Counted from the stretch's first letter, positions 39,651-49,490 are shown. The stretch is 64,000 nucleotides of DNA from Candidatus Heimdallarchaeota archaeon (GCA_021399395.1 JAAFKJ010000115.1:28273-92272); one strand, 5' to 3'. Numbers and translations are program-made. The notes: a model not told the origin generated them from the letters alone.

Positions 39651-39978
39651 TGAAACTTAGTCAAACTTGCCAGAGGGCGTCTAACCGTCGTTTAAGTGGG
39701 TCCCCTCACGTGCGTTGAGGGGAAGAATCATGAGTGTCATGATTAGGGTAGGAATGAAGGGAGTGCACATGAACTCCTACGTCGTCCCAACCATTGCGCG
39801 AAGTGCTGAATGGCTGCGAACCATTGTAAGGGTGAGTATTCGCCTAGCACTACTTATATATCCTTACTTTTATATATAAACTCGTAGAAAAATGGAGGGC
39901 GGGGAAACAACATCTCCCTCACTTGAGAACGTAAAATACGCCCACTAGAATGCTTCTGGCAAGATTGGTCAACTTTCA
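39651..39978 (+). ncRNA. Large structured ncRNA, candidate minimal OLE-like RNA
   Basis: GC-enriched and ORF-free; long closing stem 39651-39683/39946-39978 plus at least 7 internal helices with plus-strand G-U pairs; TATA-like TTTTATA at ~39632. Confidence 0.7.
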
Positions 39979-40022
39979 CCCATCGGTGGACTACGGTTTT
40001 GATTATTCTACAGGAACTATGA

Positions 40023-40529
40023 TTGAGTATGAATACAAATAATGATGAAATACCTCAAAAAAGAATTAGACCTTCATGGGATGAATATTTCATGAATATA
40101 GCAGAACTTGCTAAAACTAGATCAAACTGTATTAGACGACAAGTAGGAGCTGTGTTGGTGAACAATAAACACCAAATTATTTCAACCGGCTATAATGGTG
40201 TTCCAAGAGGGATAGTTCACTGCACAAGAGAAACATGTACAAAACTCTATGAGAAATCTGGTGAGAAAAACGAAATTTGTCCAGCAGTACATGCTGAGCT
40301 TAATGCGATTTTACAAGCCGCTACTGCAGGAATTAGTTCAGAAGGAACGACCCTTTATTCTACTACTCGTCCATGTGGCAACTGTACAATGGCCATAATA
40401 AATGCTGGAATTAAGCGTGTAGTGTTCATTGAAGATTATACAGACCCAATTTTACGCTCAGGATGGTTGGATTCATCTGATGTTGTTTTTGAAAAATTCC
40501 AACCTAAAGAAAAAGAAGCACCATCATAA
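40023..40529 (+). CDS. dCMP deaminase family protein
   Basis: 'RPSWDEYFM', 'RQVGA', 'GYNG', 'HAELNA', 'PCGNC'. Confidence 0.93.
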   Translation: MSMNTNNDEIPQKRIRPSWDEYFMNIAELAKTRSNCIRRQVGAVLVNNKHQIISTGYNGVPRGIVHCTRETCTKLYEKSGEKNEICPAVHAELNAILQAATAGISSEGTTLYSTTRPCGNCTMAIINAGIKRVVFIEDYTDPILRSGWLDSSDVVFEKFQPKEKEAPS

Positions 40530-40536
40530 TACCGAT

Positions 40537-42114
40537 TCATTTTTTATTTATGATATCATCAGACAGTACTGTAAATTCTGAGGTGTATTTGTAATGGGTT
40601 TTTTCTGAAGCCTTTGCTAAAACATGTAGTGATTCTAATATTTCTTGTGAATAGTAGTTTTTTGTTTCTAAAGAAAACTCACCAGATAAAATCTTTTTTT
40701 GGATCTTAAGTAAGACATCCCCTTTGATCAAAAATACTTGAAAAGCTTCTATATCTTTTAGCTCTTTCTCAGTTTCACTAGAAATCTCACCTTTGATTAC
40801 TTCTTTATTTCTCAGATCAAATACATGATTAGGTGTTAAAACTATATAATGTCTAATCCGCCTCACATTTGATTTTCTTTGAGTAAATTCTACGCTCTTA
40901 GTGATATTTAGATCTTCATCCAAAACTAGAATTTTATTATCATTTCCAACTGTAATTATGTTTCCTTCATAATAGAACACGCCAAGAATTGGTTTATCAT
41001 GCAGTTTTTTACTTGAAGATAATGCAAGATTTGAATTATTAATAGCATAAATTTCACCCGAATTAAAAGCAAGTATGACATTTTTAGGTGTTATATCAGC
41101 ACCTGTAATCAAGTTTATCCCAGGATGTTTTCTTATTATTTCTAAATTAGTGTCAAAAAGAATTATGTCACCATTCCCTAACCCTACTATCAATTCGTTG
41201 TTTGATGATTTCAGGAGAGAATAGGGTTTATCAGTTAATTTTACAACTTTAATCGGTTTTTGCTTTTGAATATCAAACTTTACAATAGTGGAATCAAGTG
41301 AAGTAGAATACAAATAATCCCCGTGTATATCAATACCAGTAATATGGTTTCCATGAACGAAGAATGCTTTGATAAGTTTCAGAGTTTCTTTATTCCAAAT
41401 TGACACAAAACCGAATTCGTGACCAAGAATTATAAATTCTGATGTAGCTTTGAACGATAGAATAAGAAAACCATTTCTTCTAGAAATATTAAACAAGAGT
41501 GCATTTGGGTCTTTTTTCACAAATTCTTTAACATACTTTGACGCTTTTCTAATACTTCTAAGCACCTTATTATCACTTACAAATAAAGTTGCTATTTGCT
41601 TGAAATTCCCAGCATCTAGAATAATCTTATCTCCCTCTATACTGGAAATATATAACCTATTTTCATCTGCAAAATATTTATCCAAAGATACAATACGATT
41701 TTTTGCAATTAGTTTTAGTTTGTTCTCTACTATTTCCCATTTCTTAAGTTGTAGATCTTTACTAGCACTGATTATGTGGTTTTCTACAGCTTTTGCACCT
41801 AATATGGTTGATATGTGACATCTTTCTGAATCTGCCAAATCAAAATCTTTCATAAACCAGATTTTTAATACAAGCTCTTGAGCAGATGTTATTAGAAATT
41901 GAAGGTCTGTAGTACCTTGAATATCTACAATAGAGGCATTATGCGCATATATGCAACCTAGTTCCTTTTCCATCCCTTTATCCCAAATACATACTCTACC
42001 ATCTTGACTACCAGTAAAAATGTAGTCACCTATCTCTCGAATTGTATTTACTGGCTTCAAGTGACCTGGTTGATGGTATAAAACATCTGAAGAGTATGTA
42101 TTTGAGTTATTCAC
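40537..42114 (-). CDS. WD40-repeat protein
   Basis: 'GHLKPV..TGSQDGRVCIWD', 'SASKDLQLKKWE', 'STSLDSTIVKFD'. Confidence 0.85.
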   Translation of the reverse strand: MNNSNTYSSDVLYHQPGHLKPVNTIREIGDYIFTGSQDGRVCIWDKGMEKELGCIYAHNASIVDIQGTTDLQFLITSAQELVLKIWFMKDFDLADSERCHISTILGAKAVENHIISASKDLQLKKWEIVENKLKLIAKNRIVSLDKYFADENRLYISSIEGDKIILDAGNFKQIATLFVSDNKVLRSIRKASKYVKEFVKKDPNALLFNISRRNGFLILSFKATSEFIILGHEFGFVSIWNKETLKLIKAFFVHGNHITGIDIHGDYLYSTSLDSTIVKFDIQKQKPIKVVKLTDKPYSLLKSSNNELIVGLGNGDIILFDTNLEIIRKHPGINLITGADITPKNVILAFNSGEIYAINNSNLALSSSKKLHDKPILGVFYYEGNIITVGNDNKILVLDEDLNITKSVEFTQRKSNVRRIRHYIVLTPNHVFDLRNKEVIKGEISSETEKELKDIEAFQVFLIKGDVLLKIQKKILSGEFSLETKNYYSQEILESLHVLAKASEKTHYKYTSEFTVLSDDIINKK

Positions 42115-42200
42115 ATCTATCTCGAACCTTGTGTACTAATTAAAATTTTACTTTTCAGTCTAACTTATGACCTTTACAAGAGGAAAAACAATAGATATTG

Positions 42201-42258
42201 TGGCTCATTCTGTCGTGAACTCTTCATCAATCCGACTGGGACGGTTAAATCATCGCCA
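42201..42258 (-). ncRNA. Box C/D guide sRNA; D' guide antisense to the 23S P-loop (Gm2251 equivalent)
   Basis: TGGC-GATGA-TTTAACCGTCCCAGT-CGGA-TTGATGA-AGAGTTCACGACAGA-ATGA-GCCA: terminal stem, C/D'/C'/D-like boxes, two ~15-nt guides. Confidence 0.8.
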
Positions 42259-42329
42259 AGTACATCTTAGCTAAGCTGTTTTTATTTATTGCTCTGTATG
42301 AGTGTGAAAAATAGAGAAAAAGAAATGAA

Positions 42330-45300
42330 TTACAAAGGATTGATACCTATTGTAACTTCAAATTCATCAAATTTCCATTCCTTTACTAAACCATCTATTG
42401 GCTTTTCGAAAACTAATTTTGCTGCTAAAGTCTCTTCTTTGATATATTCTTCAAATTCCTTTATAGCATGAGAGCCAAAATCATCAGGTTCTACAGTAAG
42501 TTCTATGTTTTGCGTGTATTCTAAATCAAGTTCTTTTCTCATTGTTTGAACTCTTCTTATTATATCGCGCACATACCCTTCTTTCTTCAAATCTTCAGTT
42601 ATGGTGGAATTAAAGAGCAAAAGATATCCTTCTGATTCTTCTCCAGCAAATCCCTCTTGAACATCAATTTTGTATTCCAAATCTTCAGAAGAAAGCTTGA
42701 ATTCTTTTCCACTAACTTCAAGTTTTATGTTTTCCCCTTGTGCAAGTAGTTCTACATATTCTCTTGTTTTCTCTGGTTCCAACTTCTCAAGCTGATTTTT
42801 TATGTCGTTTACTGCAGATCTAACTTTAGGAGCCAGAACTTTGAAATTTGGTTTTATAACATAACTTACTAATTCTTCTGAACTTTTCTTCAAAGTTACT
42901 TTCTTAACATTTAGTTCTTCCTTGAATACTTCTTCATATTTTACTATCATATCTTTTTTACCTAAAGGTGATATCAATATGAGTTCAGAGAGAGGTTGTC
43001 TAAGTTTTATGTTTGCCTCTGAACGTATACTTCTACCAGCTGTTACTAAAGCTAGAACTTTGTTCATTTCTTGTGATAATTGTGTATCAACTTGTTTTTT
43101 GTCAAACTCTGGATATGAAAGTAAATGAACACTTAGAGGTGCATCTTGATCTATTTCTTTCACAAGATTATGATGCAACTGCTCTGCTATGAATGGAATA
43201 AAAGGCGCTAGTAACTTTGAAAGAGTAACTAATACTTCGTAGGTTGTTATGTAGGCTGATTTTTTATCTTCATCCAACTGATTTTTCCAGAAGCGTCTTC
43301 GTGATTGTCGTAAATACCAATTACTGAATTTGTCAATAACAAAATTCTCAAACGCCTGTACAGCGATATGAACAGTCATATTCTCTAGAGCATCATCTAC
43401 GGATTTAGTAAGATAGTTTACTTCACTTATTAACCATTTATCAAGCTCGGATCTTTCTTTTAACGGAACATCAAAGGTTGATGGATCAAATTCATCAACA
43501 TTAGCATTCGAAACAAAGAAACTGTAACTATTCCACAAAGTAAGTATAAATTTCTTCATTGTATCATAGATTTGAGAAGGATCTACACGAACACTATTCC
43601 ATGTAGGATATGAATATAGGAACCATCTTACAGCATCAGCTCCATATTCTGGGATTACATCTCCAGCTCTTATCATATTGCCTTTGCTCTTACTCATCTT
43701 CTTGCCTTTATCATCAAGAGTGTGCCCCATTGTTAGACAATTTTTGTAAGCTGGTTTGTCAAAGAGAACTGTACTTATAGCTAATAATGTATAAAACCAA
43801 CCTCTAGTTTGATCAATTGCTTCAGTGATAAAATCATAAGGGAAATGTTTATCGAAGAGATCTTTGTTTTCAAATGGATAGTGATATTGAGCAAATGGAG
43901 CACTCCCAGCATCATACCAACAGTCTACAACATATGAAACTCTAGTACTTTTCTGCTGACATTCAGGGCAATCGAAAGTTATATCGTCTACCCATGGTCT
44001 GTGCAGGCTAAAATCATCCACTAAAGGTTTCCCATAAAGTTCTTTGAGTTCTTCTAAACTACCAACTACAGTTCTGTGATTATTTTCACACAGCCATATT
44101 GGTAGAGGGGTTCCCCAATATCTGTTTCGAGACAAAGCCCAGTCTCTTACTTCACTTATGAAATTACCAAACCTTCCATTCTTGAGATGAGCGGGTTGCC
44201 ATCTTATTTGTTCATTATTAGCAACAAGACTGTCTCGCATTTTAGACATTTCAATATACCAGGTTTCTGTTGAATAGTAAAGCAAAGGACCATCACAACG
44301 ATAACAGAATGGATACGTGTGTTTGTACACTCCTTTTTTGAATAATAGGTCTCTATCCTTCAAATTATCCATTATTTTGGGATCAGCATCTTTAACAAAC
44401 AACCCAGCAAAATCCTTGATTTCCTCAGAGAAGGTACCATCTTCAAGTACAGGATTCATAGCTGGTAATCCATACTTCTTTCCGATTTCAGCATCATCCT
44501 CTCCAAATGCAGGTGCAGAATGTACAATTCCAGTTCCTTCTTCAGTTGTTACATAATTTGCCAAAGTTACATAGAAAGCTTCTTCCTTTGGTACAATGAA
44601 TGGGAAGAGTTGCTCATATTTATTATATTCAAGGTCTTTTCCTTTGAATTTTTTCAGCACTGTATAATCAATTAGCAATTCTTCAGCTATTGCTTCAGCT
44701 AAGATTAATTTTTCTCCGTTGTATTCAACTTGAACATAATCTACTTTTGGGTTAACAGTCAAACAAACATTAGATATCAACGTCCAAGGTGTTGTTGTCC
44801 ATGCCAAATAGTAAGTATCTTCAAAATCTAACGCTTTGAATTTTACATGTACTGAAGGGTCAGTTGTTTCCATCATTCCTTGTCCTACTTCATGTGAAGA
44901 CAATGGTGTTCCACATCTGGGACAATAAGGAACTACTTTATACCCCAAATAGAGCAAGCCTTTATTTGATATCTCTTTTATCGACCACCAAACGCTTTCA
45001 ACATAGTTTTCATCTAATGTGGCATACCGGTTCTCAAAATCTAACCAGAATCCTATACGTTTGGACATGTCTTGCCATTCTTTTACATATTTGAAGACAG
45101 ATTTTCTGCATTCTTCGTTGAATTTGCTTAATCCAAACTCCTCGATTTGACTTTTATCTGTGAACCCAAGGGATTTTTCTACTTCTAGTTCAACAGGAAG
45201 ACCATGACAATCCCATCCTGCTACCCATGGAACAACTTCAAATCCGTGCATCGATTTATGTTTAAGAAAAACATCTTTGATTGCTCGAGTTAAAGCATGA

Positions 45301-45488
45301 CCAATATGAGGGAGACCATTTGCAGTTGGAGGTCCTTCTAACCATCGAAATAATGGACTTCCTTTTCTCATCTCTCTGAGTTTGTTAAACACATCATTTT
45401 TTTCCCAGAATTCTAAGACTTTCTCTTCTTCTTCTGGAAATGAAGGTAAGGCTTTAACTGGTTTGAATACTTTTTTCTTCTTATCCAC
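42330..45488 (-). CDS. ileS: Isoleucine--tRNA ligase (archaeal/eukaryotic type)
   Basis: 'GPPTANGLPHIGH', 'GWDCHGLP', 'WTTTPWTL', 'KMSKS'. Confidence 0.98.
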   Translation of the reverse strand: MDKKKKVFKPVKALPSFPEEEEKVLEFWEKNDVFNKLREMRKGSPLFRWLEGPPTANGLPHIGHALTRAIKDVFLKHKSMHGFEVVPWVAGWDCHGLPVELEVEKSLGFTDKSQIEEFGLSKFNEECRKSVFKYVKEWQDMSKRIGFWLDFENRYATLDENYVESVWWSIKEISNKGLLYLGYKVVPYCPRCGTPLSSHEVGQGMMETTDPSVHVKFKALDFEDTYYLAWTTTPWTLISNVCLTVNPKVDYVQVEYNGEKLILAEAIAEELLIDYTVLKKFKGKDLEYNKYEQLFPFIVPKEEAFYVTLANYVTTEEGTGIVHSAPAFGEDDAEIGKKYGLPAMNPVLEDGTFSEEIKDFAGLFVKDADPKIMDNLKDRDLLFKKGVYKHTYPFCYRCDGPLLYYSTETWYIEMSKMRDSLVANNEQIRWQPAHLKNGRFGNFISEVRDWALSRNRYWGTPLPIWLCENNHRTVVGSLEELKELYGKPLVDDFSLHRPWVDDITFDCPECQQKSTRVSYVVDCWYDAGSAPFAQYHYPFENKDLFDKHFPYDFITEAIDQTRGWFYTLLAISTVLFDKPAYKNCLTMGHTLDDKGKKMSKSKGNMIRAGDVIPEYGADAVRWFLYSYPTWNSVRVDPSQIYDTMKKFILTLWNSYSFFVSNANVDEFDPSTFDVPLKERSELDKWLISEVNYLTKSVDDALENMTVHIAVQAFENFVIDKFSNWYLRQSRRRFWKNQLDEDKKSAYITTYEVLVTLSKLLAPFIPFIAEQLHHNLVKEIDQDAPLSVHLLSYPEFDKKQVDTQLSQEMNKVLALVTAGRSIRSEANIKLRQPLSELILISPLGKKDMIVKYEEVFKEELNVKKVTLKKSSEELVSYVIKPNFKVLAPKVRSAVNDIKNQLEKLEPEKTREYVELLAQGENIKLEVSGKEFKLSSEDLEYKIDVQEGFAGEESEGYLLLFNSTITEDLKKEGYVRDIIRRVQTMRKELDLEYTQNIELTVEPDDFGSHAIKEFEEYIKEETLAAKLVFEKPIDGLVKEWKFDEFEVTIGINPL

Positions 45489-45723
45489 TGTAATCTACTC
45501 CAAAATGTTTTTTAAGAAATTTATAAGGCACGCTATGGGGATGTTTAAAAAAGAATTTCGTTTTAGCGAATTTCGCGATCCATCCTAATTCCTCTGTGCA
45601 AATTTAAATGCTCATCTGTATTTTAAAAGCTTGTTGTCATTAACTACGATGATTTTCGTAATGAAAATATAATTATATTTAGGCTAAAAAAATTCAAAAA
45701 AATAAAGAAAGTGAGATATTATC

Positions 45724-48240
45724 TCATTTTTTCTTTCTAAGGATTACTACAATTGTTCCTATTAAGAACGGAATTGTAATTAATGCTAGAATGCTTGGAA
45801 ATTCGCCTACAATTGGATTGAAAATGCTGTGACTCTCAGTTATACTAGCAACTAAATCGTTATTATCAGTAACATTGATTTCAAAATCATAGTTTCCATT
45901 TACATAAGTAAGAGTGTCTATTGATACAAACAAGTAATCACTATTAACAGTCCAAGTGTTACTCCAACTACTGTTTTTCATAGTAAGTTGAACTTCCTTA
46001 ACATCAGCATAATCAAAACCAGCGATTTCTATGTTGATTGTTCCTGAAAACGGAGATCCTGGAAAAGTTGCATCTATGGTAGGAGGTGTATTGTCAAAAT
46101 CAGGGTCATAAATATTTATTCCTTGAAAAGAACCTACCCATGCTTCATGAGTATCAGAGATATAATCCATTCTTCTAACAAACAATGTTGATAATCCATC
46201 CGATTCGTCTTCATATTTCAGTTGACCATTTGCCATATTAAAAACATATAATCCTGAATTAGCTAAGATGTATATCTCGTGACTTGAAGATACGTAATGT
46301 ATGTCGTTAATTGAAGGATATGCTATTAGATGGGCAGCTGGAAAATCTTCGAAAGTTTCTAGCGCAGTACCGAAAATCCTTACATTTGGATAAGGTTCTA
46401 AACCCAACCAAAGATTTCCTTCAATCCACTCTAGAGATTGAACTTCCCAATTCTCTGCATCTCCGAATCTTTTTATTTCAGAGAGTGAAGTTAAATTGTA
46501 GAGTATCAAACCTGTGTTGGTTGCAACATAAAGAACATCACGATTTGGATCTTGCAGAACTGCATTCACTTCAAGTGTCGTTATTTCCTCAGTGAAATTT
46601 TCTACATGATAGAAACCAGTTTCCCAGTTGTAGATTATCATAGATCCATTTCCACCGATTCCTGCATTTTGAGCCGCGGTGGAGTAGTAAATCAAACTTT
46701 CATTATGTGATGAAGAAATGTCTGCAACATACCTGTACTCACTCAATGGAAGAATAGATTCCATATTATCGATGGTGGTTGAAACGATATCATATCTGTA
46801 TCTATGATGATACATTACTCTAGCTGTCTCAAGCAATTCTCCTGCAGTATCTCCGCCCGCACCACCTATCCCTGTTATAAGGTGTTCTACTGAAGTAGGA
46901 TTTAATCGTGTTGGGCTAGTTGGATCAATTCTGTCCAAACCTAATAGAGTTGAAATGTAAGCATATCCGTCGACTGGATCATAATTGATATCAGTCGCTA
47001 TGTTGTGAGCTATTCCCAATATATCTGTTTGTTCTGTAATTGCTGTGGTTGGTTGAGCATAATCCACTTTTTGTATTCTTTGAATTGTACCAATAATTAG
47101 TTCCCTTGTAACTGAATCTAATCTTATAGATGCGAGCATACCTTCAATTGGATAAGGAGCTCCAGTTACAGTAGATATTGGATAACCACTGGGTAAAGAA
47201 CCGTAAGTTGATTTAGCTACGGCCTCCATACTTGTTGTATTGAAGACCAATAAACCGTATTCAGCATTTGTTGAATATGGGGAAACAATAAACCCTAATT
47301 CCTCTTCAGTATCACACACTAAATCAAGAATTGATCTTGAATAGTAAGGAGTTTGAGTATAAGGATATGTTATGATAGTATCATTGTCGGGAAAAATCAC
47401 GCTTAAGCCATCACAGATATTAGTAGTCTCATTAAATGTTGCGACAAAAATTTTCCCTAACGAAGGGTAATATTTCACAAGTCTGGAATAATCATTTGGA
47501 AGACCATCACTAGTTGTATACCATCTTGTTGTATTCTCTGAAATGTCTATTTTGTACACTCCTACAGATGTTCCAATATATGCAAATGATTCAGAAGAAT
47601 TTACATCTACAGTGAGCATTTTTACAGTTGCAGCAGGAGGATTATATCCGCTAATATCCACTTGTCTATCATTGATTGGATCGTATACAATCAATCCGTG
47701 AGATTGTGTTACTATCCAAACATAGTGAGTAAATGGATCTACGTCTATAAAATCACCTAATTCAAAATTAGTGGCAACTCCTGTTAAAATTGGAGTAGCT
47801 GTTAGAGGTGTATCTGTGTAATTTAAAACATCTACACCTTGTATCGAACCTATATATAGTAACTTAAGGTCTATATCAATCTCTAAGTTCTGTATCTGTA
47901 CATCGGTTAGCCCAATCTCATCTTTGTAAACAGTTTGATTAGTGAGATCGTCTCTCTGAATCAAAGCTAAACCTTCTGGAGCGTTGGTGAAGATTAAATT
48001 ATCCTCTTCACTTACTGCTAAAGCAACGTGACCGGGAGGACCATAAATGTGTTCAAAAGCAGTATCACCATTTGCATTAAGTGAAAATTGATTGTCATTG
48101 TAATCACTCTGGAATGAGGATACTGATACACCAGATATTAAACTTGTAGAAATAAATAAGACTGTTAAGAAAATTATGGTCAATTTCCTTTTCATAGAAG
48201 AAGATAGAATTCCAATATTATAAGTATAATTAATGTCCAA
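45724..48240 (-). CDS. Secreted beta-propeller surface protein with Ig-like domain and PEF-CTERM-like anchor
   Basis: Signal peptide 'MKRKLTIIFLTVLF', repeats 'TTSDGLP'/'DGLS', C-term 'VGEF'+TM+'RKKK'. Confidence 0.75.
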   Translation of the reverse strand: MDINYTYNIGILSSSMKRKLTIIFLTVLFISTSLISGVSVSSFQSDYNDNQFSLNANGDTAFEHIYGPPGHVALAVSEEDNLIFTNAPEGLALIQRDDLTNQTVYKDEIGLTDVQIQNLEIDIDLKLLYIGSIQGVDVLNYTDTPLTATPILTGVATNFELGDFIDVDPFTHYVWIVTQSHGLIVYDPINDRQVDISGYNPPAATVKMLTVDVNSSESFAYIGTSVGVYKIDISENTTRWYTTSDGLPNDYSRLVKYYPSLGKIFVATFNETTNICDGLSVIFPDNDTIITYPYTQTPYYSRSILDLVCDTEEELGFIVSPYSTNAEYGLLVFNTTSMEAVAKSTYGSLPSGYPISTVTGAPYPIEGMLASIRLDSVTRELIIGTIQRIQKVDYAQPTTAITEQTDILGIAHNIATDINYDPVDGYAYISTLLGLDRIDPTSPTRLNPTSVEHLITGIGGAGGDTAGELLETARVMYHHRYRYDIVSTTIDNMESILPLSEYRYVADISSSHNESLIYYSTAAQNAGIGGNGSMIIYNWETGFYHVENFTEEITTLEVNAVLQDPNRDVLYVATNTGLILYNLTSLSEIKRFGDAENWEVQSLEWIEGNLWLGLEPYPNVRIFGTALETFEDFPAAHLIAYPSINDIHYVSSSHEIYILANSGLYVFNMANGQLKYEDESDGLSTLFVRRMDYISDTHEAWVGSFQGINIYDPDFDNTPPTIDATFPGSPFSGTINIEIAGFDYADVKEVQLTMKNSSWSNTWTVNSDYLFVSIDTLTYVNGNYDFEINVTDNNDLVASITESHSIFNPIVGEFPSILALITIPFLIGTIVVILRKKK

Positions 48241-48331
48241 TTAAAGAATGAATTTTCAAAATTTCTATTCTAGGAAGGTTAGTTTATACATTGACTAAGA
48301 TTCGTTTGTTTGAATTCTCTTTGAATCTTTA

Positions 48332-48790
48332 TCATAATATTCCTTTATTCACTAGAAATTCTACATAATTAACATCTTTGACATAAGCCTTCATCTTTAT
48401 TGCAATTTTTATTACGTTTTCAGATGATGCAATAACTAATCTGTTTTTGAAGATCTCCTCTTTATCAATTCTTAGGAAAAATGTTTTTCCATCAGAATGA
48501 AATCTCTTCTCGAATTCATTATTTAGATAATCTTTCTGTTCTTGTGATAATTTTGAAGCAATATTTTCAAGAATTTTACTCATATCTTTAGTTTTATTAA
48601 AATTTATAACTACATACTGTATTGAATTATTGTATCCACCCTCTAATTCTTCTACAGTTATCTCTGTTTGTTCGATTAATTCTTCTGGAATGAGATTTGC
48701 TATAGCTTCCATATTTTTATCAAAATCTTCTGTAGAGTGAACAGAAAAACTAAATTCAATTTTTGTTAAAGAGATAGTCATCTCAACCAA
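48332..48790 (-). CDS. DUF54 RNA-binding protein (exosome-operon associated)
   Basis: 'VHSTED', 'GGYNNSI', 'FFLRIDK'; next to eL15. Confidence 0.85.
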   Translation of the reverse strand: MVEMTISLTKIEFSFSVHSTEDFDKNMEAIANLIPEELIEQTEITVEELEGGYNNSIQYVVINFNKTKDMSKILENIASKLSQEQKDYLNNEFEKRFHSDGKTFFLRIDKEEIFKNRLVIASSENVIKIAIKMKAYVKDVNYVEFLVNKGIL

Positions 48791-48821
48791 CTAATTCAAA
48801 TAAAATAAAATGAGAAGGGAT

Positions 48822-49451
48822 TTAATTTCCTCTTCTTCCATGACTTCGTAACGATGGTCTGATCTTTTCTGCTCCATAACCCTTGTTACGAAGGCCTCTT
48901 GATTTTCTTCCAGAGCTGGTTAAACCACGATGAACTCTTCCTCTATGAACAGGATTTTTTAGATAGACAGTTTTATCACCACGATATTCTCTAATAGATA
49001 GCCAACTTGTACGTGGATCTTTAGCTATTGCTGGATGTTGTGGATCTACAAGAATTATTTCAAAGAATTTATGTCTGCCGTCTTGACCAACCCAATAGGA
49101 GTTCAGAACCTCAAGATTGCTATACTTTCTTGCGACACGCTCTTCTGCAATTAATTTAATGCTTTTCTTGGGGGTGATTTTATTGACACCCATGTTGCGT
49201 GATTTTCTTCCTCTTACAGGTCTTTTCTTTCTTCTTCCCCCTCTTCTGACCTTGGCTCTGACTATGGTGTATCCTTGCTTAGCCTTATAGCCTAAAGCTC
49301 TTGCTCTATCTAATCTTGTAGGACGTTCAACACGTTCAGCGACCCCCTCTCTACGCCATTGAATAATTCGTTGTCTCATCAATGCTTTAAATTCTGGAGT
49401 ATTACGGTTTTTCCAAAAATCTCCAATATACTTGTACATACTTTTAGTCAT
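48822..49451 (-). CDS. rpl15e: Ribosomal protein eL15
   Basis: '[18 protein letters not shown]', 'VLNSYWVG', 'RGLTSSG'; ATG at 49451 follows an AGGTGA RBS. Confidence 0.97.
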   Translation of the reverse strand: MTKSMYKYIGDFWKNRNTPEFKALMRQRIIQWRREGVAERVERPTRLDRARALGYKAKQGYTIVRAKVRRGGRRKKRPVRGRKSRNMGVNKITPKKSIKLIAEERVARKYSNLEVLNSYWVGQDGRHKFFEIILVDPQHPAIAKDPRTSWLSIREYRGDKTVYLKNPVHRGRVHRGLTSSGRKSRGLRNKGYGAEKIRPSLRSHGRRGN

Positions 49452-49458
49452 ATTGTTC

Positions 49459-49490
49459 ACCTACGATTCCCGTGAGGACATCTCGTTGGT
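49459..49490 (-). promoter_or_regulatory. Putative eL15 mRNA leader hairpin sequestering the RBS
   Basis: ACC-A-ACGA-GATGT-CCTCACGGG-AA-TCGT-A-GGT; the 3' arm overlaps AGGTGA. Confidence 0.5.

Noticed and set aside
39651-39978. Calling the large RNA canonical RNase P RNA or SRP RNA because it follows rpp30-pop5 and is ~300 nt
   Set aside because: No GAGGAAAGUCC/CR-V pair able to form P4, and no SRP helix-8 or Alu motif on either strand; kept only as an alternative.
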